Of a stretch of 64,000 nucleotides of DNA, positions 34,796 through 63,300 are shown piece after piece. This DNA is from the human T2T-CHM13v2.0 reference genome, Homo sapiens: assembly GCF_009914755.1 (NCBI RefSeq), contig NC_060948.1, one strand, 5' to 3'. Numbering within the stretch: the first letter of the stretch is position 1; the number at the start of each line of letters is the position of its first letter. The notes below the pieces were generated by a model. It did not search any database and was not told the DNA's origin. It worked only from the letters and a program-made list of their open reading frames with translations. A program made the position numbers and the translations under genes.

Positions 34796-35211
34796 AATAT
34801 ATCCCGAAGTCTTTATAGTCATGCCATTCCCTCAGTATTATATCATAGGAAAATATTATCCTCAGAAAAAAACTGATCCTCTCTCCTAACAGACTGAATA
34901 TACAAATGGACATTGGTTATACTATACATAAAAATAGAACTTTTGATCCTCTGCCTTCCCAGGAAGCCAACCTCCTTATCTTTAATAAACAACCCAGGAA
35001 GCCAGTCTACCATGAGTCAGATTCATAGAAAGCCAGAGAGCTATATCCTTAATGACAACAAAGGAGGCTAAAAATAACTTCAGTATCAGTGAGCTGAAAA
35101 TGACCAGGACTTGATTAATTGGCAGCTTCCATAATTTTTGTCTCTGACTTCCACTTTAGGACAAAACCGAGAAAACTAATATAGCTATGTGCTGCATAAT
35201 AATGTTTTCAT

Positions 35212-38200
35212 TGTCGGACGGACAGAGCAGCATGTGGAGGCTCACATCATGAATTTAAGCTCCAGAACAACTGCAGAAATAAATCAGGAAAACTGAGAGG
35301 ACCCACAGACCCTCTGAAGGAAGCAGATTGCTCCTGTAGGATGCCGAAGAAACCCCAAATCCTGTTACGGTCCAAAATGTGGAAGTGGGAAAGGGATCTT
35401 GTCTGTCTCCAAACACACAGCCCAACTGGGGAAATGAAGGTCTAGTTTATGGGAGAAGATTCCAACCTTACCTGGAGCTGAGTCAATTTAGAGAGCCGAG
35501 CAAAATACAAGGGTAGAGAAAGAAGAGGGAAAATCCCTGTGAGCTCACTGGGGCCCCAAGCAGGCCATTCCTGCCTGGCATCACAGGGATCCTTCAGGAG
35601 GGCAGCCAGAGGTATAGGGAAAATGCCACAGGGAGAAGGAAATCTCCAGATGAACTTTGTAACAATTTGAGCTGATTGAGAAACCTTGTGGCCAGAACTT
35701 GGGTTAGCGCGCGAATCTGACATGCAGACTCCACAGGTGTGGGAAGAACTAAAGCCCTACTTTCCTTCACAGCTAGGAGGTGGGTAGCCTGGGGCAAATT
35801 CTCACCCCTGCTTGCCCACTGCCTGGAAACAGACTCAGTGCTGTTAGGGGTGAACTCAGTAGAAATGAGACTGGCCCTTAGGATTGTGTGGAAGCTGGGT
35901 GAAGCCTGTGACTACCAGCTTTCCCCCTCTTCCCTGACAACCTGCATGACTCAGCAGAGGCTGCCACAATCCTCCTGGGTACACAACTCCATTGAACTGG
36001 GAGTTTAATCCCTACCCCCAGCAGCCACAGCAAGACCTGCCCAAGAAGAATCTGAGCTCAGACATGCCTAGCCCCGCCCTCATCTGATAGCCCTTCCCCA
36101 GTGGCCCTGTTAACTGAGGGCATATACTTTTGATAGTTCTCAGGCCCCACCTTCTGCTGGTTCGTCTCCATACTATCACAGCTGATGCTCTCTGGAAAGT
36201 GACACCTTCCAGCAGGAGGCCAACCATCACGAAAATTGGGTATTAAATGATCAAAGCTAAGTACCCTCACAGAGTCTATTTCACCCTCCTGCAACCTCCA
36301 GCAGAACAGGTGCCAGTATCCATGGCTGAGAGAACCATAGATGGTTTACATCACAGAAACCTGTGCAGACAATCTCCAGTACGAGACGACAGCCTGGTAG
36401 ACACGCTGGGTGGCTAGATCCAGAAGAGAGATAAGAATCACAACAGCTTGGTTCTCAGGAAGCCACATCCCTCGGAAAAGGAGGAGAGTACAATATCAGG
36501 AGACCACCCCATGGGACAAAATAATCTGAACAACACCCTTTAGCCCTAGACCTTCCCTCTGATGGAGGCTACCCAAATGAGAAGGAACCAGAAAACCAAC
36601 TCTGGTAACACGGCAAAACAAGGCTCTTCAACACCCCCGAAAAATCACACTAACTCACTAGCAATGAAGCTATGCCAAGAAGAAATCCCTGATTTACCTA
36701 AAAAAGAATTCAGGAGGTTAGTTACTAAGCTAATCAGGGAGGCACCAGAGAAAGACGAGGCCCAATATAAGGAAATAAAAAAAAAAATACAAGAAGTGAA
36801 GGAAAAAATATTCAATGAATTAAATAGCTTAAATTAAAAAAAAGAAACCGCAAGAAACACTGGACATACTTATAGAAATGCAAAATGATCTGGAAAGTCT
36901 CAGCAATACAATTGAAGAAGTAGAATAGGGAAATTCAGAGCTTGAAGACAAGGTCTTTGAATTAATCCAGTCCAACAAAGACAAAGAAAAAAGAATATGA
37001 AAATATGAACAAAGCCTCCAGAAAGTTTGGGATAATGTTAAACAACCAAACCTAAGAATAACTGGCATTCCTGGGAAAAAGAGAAATCTAAAAGTTTGGA
37101 AAACATATTTAGGGGAATAATCAAGGAATTTTTCCCCAACCTACCTAGACAACTAGACATCTAAATGCAAGAAGCACAAAGAACGCATGGGAAATTCATT
37201 GAAAAAGATCATTACCTAGGCACATTGTCTTCAGGTTAACTAAAGTTAAGACAAAGGAAAGAATCTTAACAGCTGTGAGACAATAGCACCAGGTAACCTA
37301 TCAGATTAAGAGCAGATTTCTCAGGTGAAACTCTACAAACTAGAACAGACTGGGGCCCTTTTTTAGCCTCCTCAAACTAAACAATTATCAGCCAAAATTT
37401 TGTATCCAGTGAAACTAAGCTCATATATGAAGAAAAGATACAGTCTTTTTCAGACAAACAAATTCTGAAATAATTCACCACTACCAAGCCAGCACTATAA
37501 GAACTGTTAAAAGCAGTTCTAAATCTTAAAGCACATCCTGGAAATACATCAAAAGAGAACCTTTTTAAAGCATAAATCACACAGGACCTATAAAACAAAA
37601 ATACAAGTTGAAAAACAAAAACGAAAAAACCAAGATACATAGGCAACAAATAGCATGATGAATGTAATGGTTAGGTACCTCACACTCACTTACATTAAAT
37701 GTAAATGGCCTAAATGCTCCATTTAAAAGATACAGAACTGCAGAGTGGATCAGAATTCACCAACCAACTTTTTGCTGCCTTCAAGAGGCTCACCTAACAA
37801 CACGTAAGGACTCACATAAACTTCAGGTAAAGGAGTCTTGCTCTGTCAGCCAAGCTAGAGTGCAGTGGCATGATGTCAGCTCACTGCAACCTCTGTGCAC
37901 CAGGTTCAAGCAATTCTCTTGCCTCAGCCTCCTGAGTAGCTGGGACTACAGGCACATGCTGCCACGCCAGGCTAATTTTTTGTATTTTAGTAGAGATGGG
38001 GCTTCGCTATGTTGCCCAGGCTGGCTGGTCTTGAACTTCTGAGCTCAGGCGACCCATCTGCTTTGGCCTCCCAAAGTGCTGGAATTACAGGTGTGAGCCG
38101 GGCCCAAAGTACCTATGCTTATATCAGAAAAAACAAGCTTTAAAGCAACAGCAGTTAAAAAAGACAAAGAGGGACATTACATAATGGTAAAAGGCCTTGT

Positions 38201-40993
38201 TCAACAGAAAAATATCACAATTCTAAAAATATATGCACCTAACACTGGAGCTCCTGAATTTATAGGACAATTACTAATAGACCTAAGAAATGAGATGGAC
38301 AACAACACAATAGTAGTGGGGAACTTCAATACTCCACTGACAGTACTAGACAAGTCATCAAGATAAAAAGTCAACAAAGAAAAAATGGATTTAAACAATA
38401 TCATGGAACAAGTGAGCTTAACAGATATTTACAGAACATTCCATCCAACAACCACAGAATACACATTCTATTGAACACTGCACAAAACTTTCTCCAAATT
38501 AGACCATATGATAGGCCACAAAAATGAGCCTCAATAAATTTAATAAAATTGAAATTACGTCAAGCACTCTCTGAGACTGTGGTGCAATAAAACTGGAAAT
38601 CAACTCCAAAAGTAACCTTCAAAACCTTGCAAATACATGGAAATTAAAAAACTTTCTCCTGAATGATCACTGGGTCAAAAATGAAATCAAGATGGAAATT
38701 TAAAAAAAATCTTTAAACTGAACGACAATAGTGACACAACCTGTGAAAACTGTGTTCACAGCAGAATTCTAGCAGACATTCTAAGGAGAATTGGTATCAA
38801 TCATTTTGACACTGTTCCAAAAGAGAGAAAGAGGAAACCCTTCCTAAATCATTCTGTCAAGCCAGCATCACTTAATACCGTAACCAGGAATGGACATAAT
38901 GAAAAAAATCACTCCAGACCAATATCCCTGGTGAACATAGATGCTAATGTCCTTAACGAAACACTAGCTAACTGAATCCAACAACATCTCAAAAAGATAA
39001 TCCACCATGATCAAGTGGATATCATACCAGGGATACAGGGATAGTTTAACATACTTAAGTCAATAAATGTGATATACCACATAAACAGAATTAAAAACAA
39101 ACATCACGTGATCATCACAATAGATGCAGAAAAAGCATCTGACAAAATCCAGCATCCTTTTATGATAAAAACTCTAAGCAAAATTGGCATACAAGGGACA
39201 TACCTCAATATAATGAAAGCTGTCTAGGACAGCCACAGAGCCAACATCATAATGAATGGGGAAAAGTTGAAAGCATTTCCTCTGAGAACAGGAAGAAGAA
39301 AAGGATTCCCCCTCTCACCACTCCTCTTCCACATTATACTGGAAGTCCTAAACAGAGCACTCAGACAAGAGAAAGAAATAAAGGGCATCCAAATCGATAA
39401 AGAGGAAGTCAACTGTCACTGTTTGCTGATGATATTATTGTTTACCTCTAAAACCCTAAAGATTCCTCTAGAAAGCTCCTAGAACTGATAAAATAATTCA
39501 GCAAAGTTTCTGGATACAAGATTAATGTAGACCAAACAGTAGCTCTTCTATACACCAAGAGCAACCAAGCAGAGAAGCAAATCAAGCCCTCAACCTCTTT
39601 TACAATTGCTGCAAATAAAATAAAATACTTACACATATACCTAACCAAGGAGGAGAAATATCTCTACAAGGAAAACTACAAAACATTACAGAAAGAAATC
39701 ATAGATGACACAAACAAATGCAAACACATCCTATGCTCATGGATGGGTAGAATCAATGTTGTGAAAATGATCATACTGCCAAAAGCAATCTACAAATTCA
39801 ATTCAATCTCCATCAAAATACCACCATCATTCTTCTCAGAATTAGAAAAAACTATTATAAAATTCATATGTAACCAAAAAAGAGCCCACATAGCCAAAGT
39901 AAGAATAAGCAAAAAGAACAAACCTGGAGGCATCACATTACTTGAATTCAAACTATACTGTAAGGACACAGTCACCAAAACAGCATGGTACTGGTATAAA
40001 AATAGGCACATAGACCAATGGAACAGAATAAATAACCCAGAAGTAAACCGTAATACTTACAGTCAACCGATCTTTGCCAAAGGAAACAAAAACATAATGT
40101 AGGGAAAAGATACCCTATTCAACAAATGGTGCTGGGATAATTGGCTTGTCTCGCATATAGGAGAATGAAACTGGATCCTCATCTCTCACTTAATACAAAA
40201 ATCAACTGATTAAGGAATTAAACCTAAGACCTGAAACTATACAAATTCTAGAAGATAATGTTGAAAAAACCCTTCTAGACATTAGCTTAGGCAAGGATTT
40301 TATTGCCAAGAACCCAAAAGCAAATACAATAAAAACAAAGATAAATAGCTGGGACTTAATTAAATGAAAGAGCCTTTGCATGGCAAAAGGAACATTCAGC
40401 AGAGCAAACAGACAACCCATAGAGTGGGAGAAAATATTCACAATCTATAAATCTAACAAAGGACTAATATCCAGAATCTACCATGAACTCAAACAAATTC
40501 GCAAGAAAAAAAAACAACAAATAATCCCATCAAAAAGTGGGCTAAGGACATGAATAGATAATTTGCAAAAGAAGCTATACAAATGGTCAACCAACATATG
40601 AAAAAATGCTCAACATCACTAATGATCAGGGAAATGCAAATCAAAACCACAATGCTATACTACCTTACTCCTGCAAGAATGGCCATAATCAAAAAATCAA
40701 AAAGCAGTAGATGTTAGTGTGGATGCAGTGATCAGGGAGGACTTCTACATTGTTTGTGGGACTGTAAACTAGTACAACCACTATGAAAAACAGTGTGAGG
40801 ATTCCTTAAAGAGCTAAAAGTAGAACTACCATTTGATCCAGCAATACCACTACTAGGTATCTACCCGGAGGAAAAGAAGTGATTGTACAAAATATACCTG
40901 CACATGGCATGTTTATAGCAGCACAACTCATAATTGCAAAATCACGGAACCAACCCAAACGCCCATCAATCAATGAGTGGATAAAGAAACTGT

Positions 40994-41055
<62 letters not shown>

Positions 41056-41424
41056 TAGATACAATGGAATACTACTCAGCCACAAAAAAGAATGAGCTAA
41101 TGACATTTGCAGTGGCTTGGATGAGATTGGAGGCTATTATTCTAAATGAAGTAACTCAGGAATGGAAAACCAAACATCATACGTTCTCACTGATATGTGG
41201 GAGCTAAGCTATGAGGATGCAGAGGCATAAGAATGATGCAACACACTTTGGGGACTTGGGGAGATGAGCAGGAGGGGTGCGAGAGATAAACGACAACAAA
41301 TAGGGTGCAGTGTATACTGCTAAGGAGATGGGTGCACCAAAATCTCACAAATCACCACCAAAGAACTTACTCATATAACCAAACACCACTTGTTTCCCAA
41401 TAACTTATGGAAAAATAAAATAAA
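35212..41424 (+). mobile_element. Near full-length L1PB1-like element inserted in a MER47-like DNA transposon, containing an Alu (37832-38105 -)
   Basis: 5'UTR, ORF1 and ORF2 peptides (38115-40102), internal ORF2 deletion at about 38750, 3' end 'accaaacaccacttgtttcccaataacttatggaaaaataaaataaa'. TSD GTTTTCAT (35204-35211, 41425-41432). MER47-like 'agattataatggagctgaaaaattcctatc' follows. Confidence 0.88.
40994..41061 (+). repeat. Compound STR (GATA)12(GACA)3(GATA)2, probably DYS442
   Basis: Units counted directly. The reverse complement (TATC)2(TGTC)3(TATC)12 is the structure I recall for DYS442. Confidence 0.75.
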
Positions 41425-42069
41425 GTTTTCATCAAGGACAAACATGTATATAAGACATCATTTACATCAGATTATAATGGAGCTGAAAAATTCCTATCAC
41501 CTAATGATGCTGGAACAATTTTAAAGTCATAGGACAATGAATTACTCACATGTTTGTGGTGATGTGGGTGTAAACAAATGTAATGTCATACTGTATAGTA
41601 TGTATAATACATAACACATAGTAATGATAATGAATTAAAAACTATGCTTTTTTTCAAAGTACATATATTACCAGAAATTTACCCTTTAAATTTTTAAAAA
41701 ATTGTTTTTAAGTCCTCAGGGAAAGTAAGCCTTCCAAATTTTACAACTTAACAGGAATGAGATTCACATTATTTGCTCAAAGTTGTAGAAGTTTGGAATA
41801 GGTAACATAGGTTATTTTGATTATAATACACAGTTCTTAAGTTTCTAGTAAAGATGTCTAGTGAAGCTGAATATCTACTGTGCCTATTAATCATTTGTTT
41901 CTTCTGGGTGCTCATCTGGTCACTCTCTTTGCCTTGAATATTGCGACAATAATGTTTCTTTCCTGAATCTTTATGAATGATTCATATAGCAGAAATCTTT
42001 ATACTTTATTCATATTTGTGGCAATATTTTCCAAGGTTATTGTAATGCCATTTAAAAATAAAGTTTGCT

Positions 42070-52874
<10,805 letters not shown>

Positions 52875-52989
52875 AACACTTGTACTTCTTATCTTTGCTG
52901 GCTGATGATCTTGGGCAGTTAACTTATTTTTTCTAAAATTTTTTTATGGAAAACCAAGGATAGCAATACATGTATTAAGAACTTCATAA

Positions 52990-53435
<446 letters not shown>

Positions 53436-54329
53436 TCATAAGATAGTAAGTTTTGCATGATATCTAATCCTAACAAATCTGCAATTTTGTATGTGTGTGC
53501 TAGGTGAGTACAAAAATGGACAAATAATACCAAGAGTCAATCTGCAACATATAAGAAATATCTTCAATCATGAGCAAGTGGGGCTCATAATGGGAATTCA
53601 TGACTGATTTAATATGAAATATTAATCGATGTAATATACCATACTAACAGATTAAGGAACAAAGGCGAAATTACAACTGAATACATCTTGCAGGAGACAA
53701 CAACTAGGCTTTTCTCCTATTCGTCCAGATAGATGGTCTGGCCCAGGATTCTACAGAAGCAGCTCTTCCAGTCACCCCAGGCAAGGGTCTCAGGATAGGG
53801 TAGGTTTACTTGCATGGCACACGATGCGAGAAGTGGTGGCCCCTTAAAAGCTGCTCTATGAATTCCCAGGCGCCGCAGCACGGTCTCAGGATCTCAGCAT
53901 TCAGGCTCACTTTTCTATGTACTGTTCATCCTGAGAAAAACTTGAAAACTGGTGATGTTTTCATGCAGGCTGTTATCGGCCAGAGCAGAGATTAACGATG
54001 AAGTAAAAACCAGTAGTGCAAGTGGAACCGTCAGAGCAACATAGTTGGGACACAAAAGATTAATCCCTTAGCCATAGCACCTCGCCTGGCGTTGACTTCT
54101 TTCTTGACTATGCCATACACTCTGCGTCCTACCAGTTCACATCAGATTTGCAGTCTTACTAAACGCCTTTCGTACTCCCACCTGTCCAGTAATCAGCTGT
54201 TTCCACAAGCAGTTACAGAACTAAAAGCGATTAAGGACAGGAATTCTATAGCTGAAGGGGCAGCGGATAGCCAGTGCCGTCCTGGGCTATTTTTATTGTG
54301 TGGCCCTAGCTGCAGCTATCCCAGTGTTG

Positions 54330-55660
54330 GTGATGAATACGCTTCAGTCGGGACTGAGGTTTCCGTCTAGGGCACCAAGGTGTTGCCAGTTCCGCTGCTT
54401 CTGGGTATAGAAAGAGTAGAAAAGGGGAAGAAAAGTAGAAACAGCAACCGTTAGCAAAGAGAGGAAGACGTAAATCAGAGCAGGGGAGGCCCTAGGGGCG
54501 GGGCTTGGCGGGGGTGGGGTCTTGGAGGGTCGCAGGTCGCGGCGCTGGGGATGGTGGGAGCCTGCGCAGCTGGCTGGGCGGTCTCTTTCTCTCTCTCCTT
54601 TTTTTTTTTTTTTTTTTTTTTTTTTGTCAGCCGGGTTCAATGCGCCATATTGAAGAGGACGGGTCTAATAGATCGCTGGAGACACAATTTAACTGAACCC
54701 CGCCCGTTGTGGACTGACTTTGATGCTCTGAGTCCCTCCCTCCTTCACGCCGCTAGCAGGCCCTGATGTAGATTGCCTTTGTCTTACTTGGGACGTTTAC
54801 CTGAGCGCTTGGTGCTGGTGTCGGGACCGGGAGATAGGAGTGTCTCAGGAGAGACCTGGCCGAAAACCGCGAGAAAGAAAAGTGAAGCCTAGTGAAACTG
54901 CCTTTGCAGTGACTCAAGAAAAACTCATCACCTGGAGTCCGTGTAAGCTCGGCGACAGCCCTAGCAGCGAGGCCAAAACAGGTAAAGAGGGCTACTGAAT
55001 GACAAAGAGGTAGCGGCATCGGTCACCTGTATAAAGAGATGGACGCTTCTTAGGCCAAATCCCGGTATTTGTGAGCAATGTCTTCCTCAGGCATGCAGGC
55101 CGCAGTCACGACCGCGTGCCTAGAAAGTACCTAATATCAAAATATTTTACAGATATTTTGTTGTCCGCCATTCCCAGGTGTAGGTCTGAGTCTAGTCTCT
55201 ATTTCCCACTGTCGGGTGCCCTGATTACGTGGACCTGGCGCCTGTACCGTAAACCACCCGCGCCTCCGAATCACCGACAGACAGATGTGAGATAATGTCG
55301 GAGGCTCAGGGGATTCTGAGTATGTGCGTTTCTTCTTTTGCCCTACCGGGCTTGAGACTTCTTATTTCGGAGGGCTAGGGGCAGACGCGGGCGGAACTGC
55401 TGTGTGTGTATTTTGCACTGTAAGGAAAAATGGCCGCCTAGCCTCCCCCGCCTTCCCTATTTCTCGTAATGCCTAAGGTGAAGTGGGAGGATTAAATCTC
55501 TGGTTTCACAGGAAGAACCTCCTGTCTATGCCCGGGGCCTCACTCAGAGCCAGGGACTAACCGCTCCTGGTTACACACCTTGCCCCACGGTCCTTCACAG
55601 GCTCGAAACTGGCTCGTTGCACCAAATGCTCTTACCCAGGTGGAGTGATGAGGAACGGAG
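54330..55660 (+). promoter_or_regulatory. CpG-island promoter (TTTY15/USP9Y locus)
   Basis: The clearest non-repeat CpG-rich segment in the window. GC box GGGGCGGGGC (54495-54504), T27 tract (54599-54625), YY1-like AAAATGGCCGCC (about 55427). Confidence 0.85.
54642..54981 (+). ncRNA. TTTY15: TTTY15 exon 1 (start approximate)
   Basis: Lies within the CpG island and ends at donor CAG|GTAAAG. Identity is inferred from position relative to DYS388 and MED14P1 and from the recalled exon layout. Confidence 0.75.
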
Positions 55661-56189
55661 TTAGGCGTTAGCTGTCCTTAGTCATTAGGCCAGACTTCTT
55701 GTCCACCTCCCGCAATCAGCCCTCACCATCTGACCTGAGAGTCTGCACCAGGTTTTTGCCCTCTTACAGCCTTATACCTCCTCTTCCTCTCCGCTACTTT
55801 GCTAAACGCCAAGACGCAGTATGACGTATTTTAATGAACAATTCGGTTCCGATTTAGTTTGTATCAGATCTCCTTTCTGTTCTCTACAGAAACAACTTGT
55901 CTCTGTTAGTGGTTGAACCTGTTTTTGTGATAGCGCATTACGCATAATGTACTTTTTCGGTATCTCAAAATATTAACTTAGACTTATGGAGCAGATATTT
56001 TACTAATTTTTATGAAATTTTTTGCAAACTAGAAATTTACACAGGAATTTTAAACGTTTATATTAAGAATGTTATTTATAAAATTTGCGCATAAGTTTAC
56101 TTAATTTGTACGCTGCCCGGTGTATCTTACTTGTTCAGAAGGTTTTTAAGTTTGAAAGATGTATACGTAACCCTTAACTATTAATGCTG

Positions 56190-56497
56190 GTTTTTTGTTT
56201 TTTGTTTTCTTTTTGAGACGGAGTTTCGCTCTTGTTGCCCTGGCAGGAGTGCAGTGGCGCGATCTCGGCTCACCACAACCTCCACCTCGCGGGTTCAAGC
56301 GATTCTTATGCCTTAGCCTCCGGAGTACCAGTGATTACAGGAATGCGCCACCACGTCGGGCTAATTTTGTATTTTTAGTAGAAACGTGGTTTCTCCATGT
56401 TGGTCAGGCTGGTCTCGAACTGCCGACCTCAGGTGATCTGCCCGCTTCGGTCTCCCAAAGGCCTGGGATTACAGGCGTGAGCCACCGTGCTCAGCCT
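56190..56497 (-). mobile_element. AluSp-like element retaining many CpGs
   Basis: Antisense Alu in intron 1. Confidence 0.9.
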
Positions 56498-56914
56498 GGT
56501 TTTTGTTTTTGTTTTTTTAAGGGGGGCATTCTCTTACTGGGCAACTCGTTCATCCTCTAAATCCACAAAACAAGATCACTGTTAAGAAGGAAATACAGGT
56601 TCTTTCACTACGAAACTTTCAAGACTTCTTTTCTTGGGGTTCATTCTCATTAGTAATTATCCGATAAACTAAGTACCAGATCATAAGGTACCACGGTTGT
56701 CTAAAACTATACCGTTAAACTTTAAAAATATACACCATAAACTTCTACATTTTTCTTAGTTTGCTGCTTTAATCACTGCCATTTTCGTCTCTGCAAATGC
56801 GCAATTGTTTAAAAGTGTAAGGATTTGTTTTTCAATTAGAAAACTCATTGATATGCTTTTAACTTTCTCGCTTCACATGCTTTTAACTTCTCGCTTCAAA
56901 CTTTATTCTTACAG

Positions 56915-56961
56915 TTTGGGAAGAAAGAAAACCTAAAGTATTTGCCGTTGGTGATTCAAGG
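56915..56961 (+). ncRNA. TTTY15: TTTY15 exon 2 (47 nt)
   Basis: Branch-like TTTTAAC, acceptor CTTTATTCTTACAG, strong donor AGG|GTGAGT. Confidence 0.78.
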
Positions 56962-57120
56962 GTGAGTTGGGAGTATTTTTTATTTCACTGACTTGAAAAT
57001 AAGATTGTGGGATTTTAATTATTTCTTGTTGCCGTTTTCTGTTAACGGTGATTGCGTGAATGTTTACTCTTGTCAATCTTGTCTTACTGTTACAATATTT
57101 CTTTTTGTCGGTTGGCTTTA

Positions 57121-60340
<3,220 letters not shown>

Positions 60341-60347
60341 TGAAAGT

Positions 60348-63300
60348 TATTGATGAAGAGTCACACTCCGTAAAATACTTGAAGGGATTTATTCTGAGCC
60401 AAGTATGAGGGACCAGTGGCCCATGACCCAGCACTCAGGAGACCCTGAGAACATGTGTCCAAGGTGGTCTGGGCACAGCCTAGCTTTATACATTTTACAG
60501 AGGCATGAGATATCCATCAAATACATATGTGGAAGATGTACATTGCTTCGGCCCAGAAAGTTGAGACAGCTGAAAGCTGGGGCTCCCAGGTTACTGGTAG
60601 AGTTAAAGTTTCTCTGATTGGTAGGTTGACAGTTAAGTTATTACCTAAATACCTAGAGTCAATAGAAGAGAACGTCTGGGTTATAATGATGAGGGATTGT
60701 GAAGACCAAAGTTCTCTTATGCAAGTGAAGCCTCCAGGTAGCGGGCTTCAGAAAAAATGGATTGTAAGATTGTAAATGTTTCTCATCAGAAAAATAGTCT
60801 ATTGTATTAGTAATTCCAAAAGAGAGGAGCATATAATGAGGTATGTCCGTACTCTTCTCCGCATCACAACCTGAACCAGCCCCCCTCAGGTTAGTCTTGG
60901 AATGTCCTTGCCAAAAGGAAGGGTCCATTCAGATGGTTGGAGGGCTTAGAATTTTATTTTTGGTTTACATTCTCCCCCTTTAGGCCAAGATTTGCCAGAG
61001 GCAACATCAGTGGCCACCAAATTTTTATTCCATCCCATAAAGTTGGGACAGATGAACCCAGTGTGGCCTGGGTGTCTGGTCTGGGTTCATCTTGTCCCCC
61101 TTCGTGGGGACTCACCACCATTCCTCTATTGCCAGGGAACTGACAGTGAAAAGACTTATAGCCAGTTGAATATTTAGACAAAAAAAGAATGGATATAGAC
61201 ACACATTCATTACCCTGAGATTTTTTTTTTTTATTTGAGAGAGAGTCTCACTCTATCGCCCAGACTGGAATGCAGTGGGGTGGTCTCAGCTTGGTGCATC
61301 CTCTGCCTCCTGGGTTCAAGCGATTCTCCTGCCTCAGCCTCCTGAGTAGCTGGGACTATAGGAGTGTGCTACCACACCCAGCTAATTTTTTGTGTGTTTT
61401 GAGTACAGACAGTTTCACCCTGTTGGCCAGTCTGGTGTTAAACCCCTGACCTTGTGGTCTGCCCACCCTGGCCTCACAAAGTGCTGGGATTACAGGCGTG
61501 AGCCACTGTGCCGGCCACATTGTTTTTTGTTTGTTTGTTTTTTGTTTTTTAGTAAGTAAAAAGTCAACCAGCAAAAAGTCAAAGGTGAGGTTACAAAACT
61601 GACTTACCTTTAATTTCTATGCGTTCTGCTACTAATCATATAGTTTTAGTTACAGAATTACAGCAATTACCTATTCAAAAATGAGCATTGTTCTGAAAAA
61701 AAATTTTAAAAATGTATTATCTAGATGTACAACTTATAGCTGGGAGGCTTTGTCATGAGGTATCTTTACCCTCTCAGTAATTGTTTTCTTTTAGTTTTAT
61801 GAAAAGCAGAAAATACTTTATGGTTAGAATGCGTGAAAAGGCGCCACATGATAGCTTAGAGGGCAAAGTCCCTTGTTTACTAGCTGTGGAGGCATTTGTT
61901 TACCTCTGGTTACTTTGGCGGGTATGACCTAATTCTGCCCCTTAAAACCAGTCCTTAGAATCTCATGTGCCCACCGCTTTGGCAGTCGCTGGGCCTAGAA
62001 AGAGGGTGCTTGGATAGTCCTAGCAGCAGGACATTTGCAGAGAAAAACAGTCTAGGCCCAGTAGATGCCAAATGAGGGAAATTGGCATCTCTAGTCTTCA
62101 GGAGACCATGAATCTGGTTTCTTTGGAAGTAAAATAAGGAGAGATACATAACGTTAGTATTTTGACAATCAAAAGAGTATTTGCATGTCAGAACGAAAAA
62201 AGAACCTATTCCATTAGGGCACCAACTAACAATATGAAATCAAATTATAATCTGGTAATCTTTAGAGGATTATTGTACCCAAGAAATAACTCATGCTCTA
62301 TTCTGCAATTAAAAACAGAAGTCAGGGCTGAAATCTAGTAACATGCTAAACTTTTCCTTTGAAACAGTTTCTCTCTCCAGCACTCCTTTTCCATTATAGA
62401 GGAATTACAGTAAGACCAATTCATGTGCAAAATAAGTGTTAGGCTTATTGTACTTGGCCTGATTGTTTGCATAATGTGCAGCAAGCATTGATTGCCCATA
62501 TAGGCTCCTTTTAAGTTGGCTTTGCTGGAACTTTACCTAAAAATATGTTAGTCTAGTCAAAGTCTTGGTGAAGTAACTAGTGATTCAAGCTGTCTCATTT
62601 TAAGAGAAAAGACTCTTAATAAACTTAGGCAAATAACTGCATTACCATAAAATCAGTTTCTGAATTCTGGAGAACTCGAAGTGAAAGGGAAATTTCCTTA
62701 TAAGAACATACTTTACCCAAATGTTTTAAACCGTAAATAATCTAAAAAAGCATACTTCCTTGACTCTTCTTTAACCAGAGCAGCAGCCTTACAAAACAAG
62801 ATTGTATTTGTGTACCTTGGAACTGCTACTCACATGCTAAGCAGCTCTTGTCAGATGAGAGCTGTCAGGCATTGTACAATCTGGGAGCTCTTCACATGAT
62901 TAGAGTAAGTCCTAAGGAAGAAGGAGGCTCCCTGCTCATGAGTATCTCCTCCTTGTATTTTCCAGGTAGCAATATTCTATGTAAAGCATTATTAATTTAT
63001 CATGAAACTTTTGGGCAACATTATTTCCATTAGCATGGGGGAAGCTTCAGTTAACAACCCATAGCAAGGCAGTTACTGCTCCTCAAGTGGAAATGTTCTA
63101 CTTCAGGTATTCTCATTGGGAAGTAGTCACAGGCTTATGGTAGAAGCCCCAGTAAATGCTCTGCAAAGGCTGTGAAGTGGAGGATTTGTTCTATCACTGC
63201 AGCTTCTACCTTACATTCTGTGGGCTCAGGCAGTCTTACTGGTTCCTATTTAGCATGTCCACTTTAATTAACATTTCTCAAAGGGCAGATTTACGTGCCT

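Noticed and set aside
54092-55295. Short ORFs in and around the CpG island
   Set aside because: No recognisable homology; several run through the poly(T) tract or use non-ATG starts.
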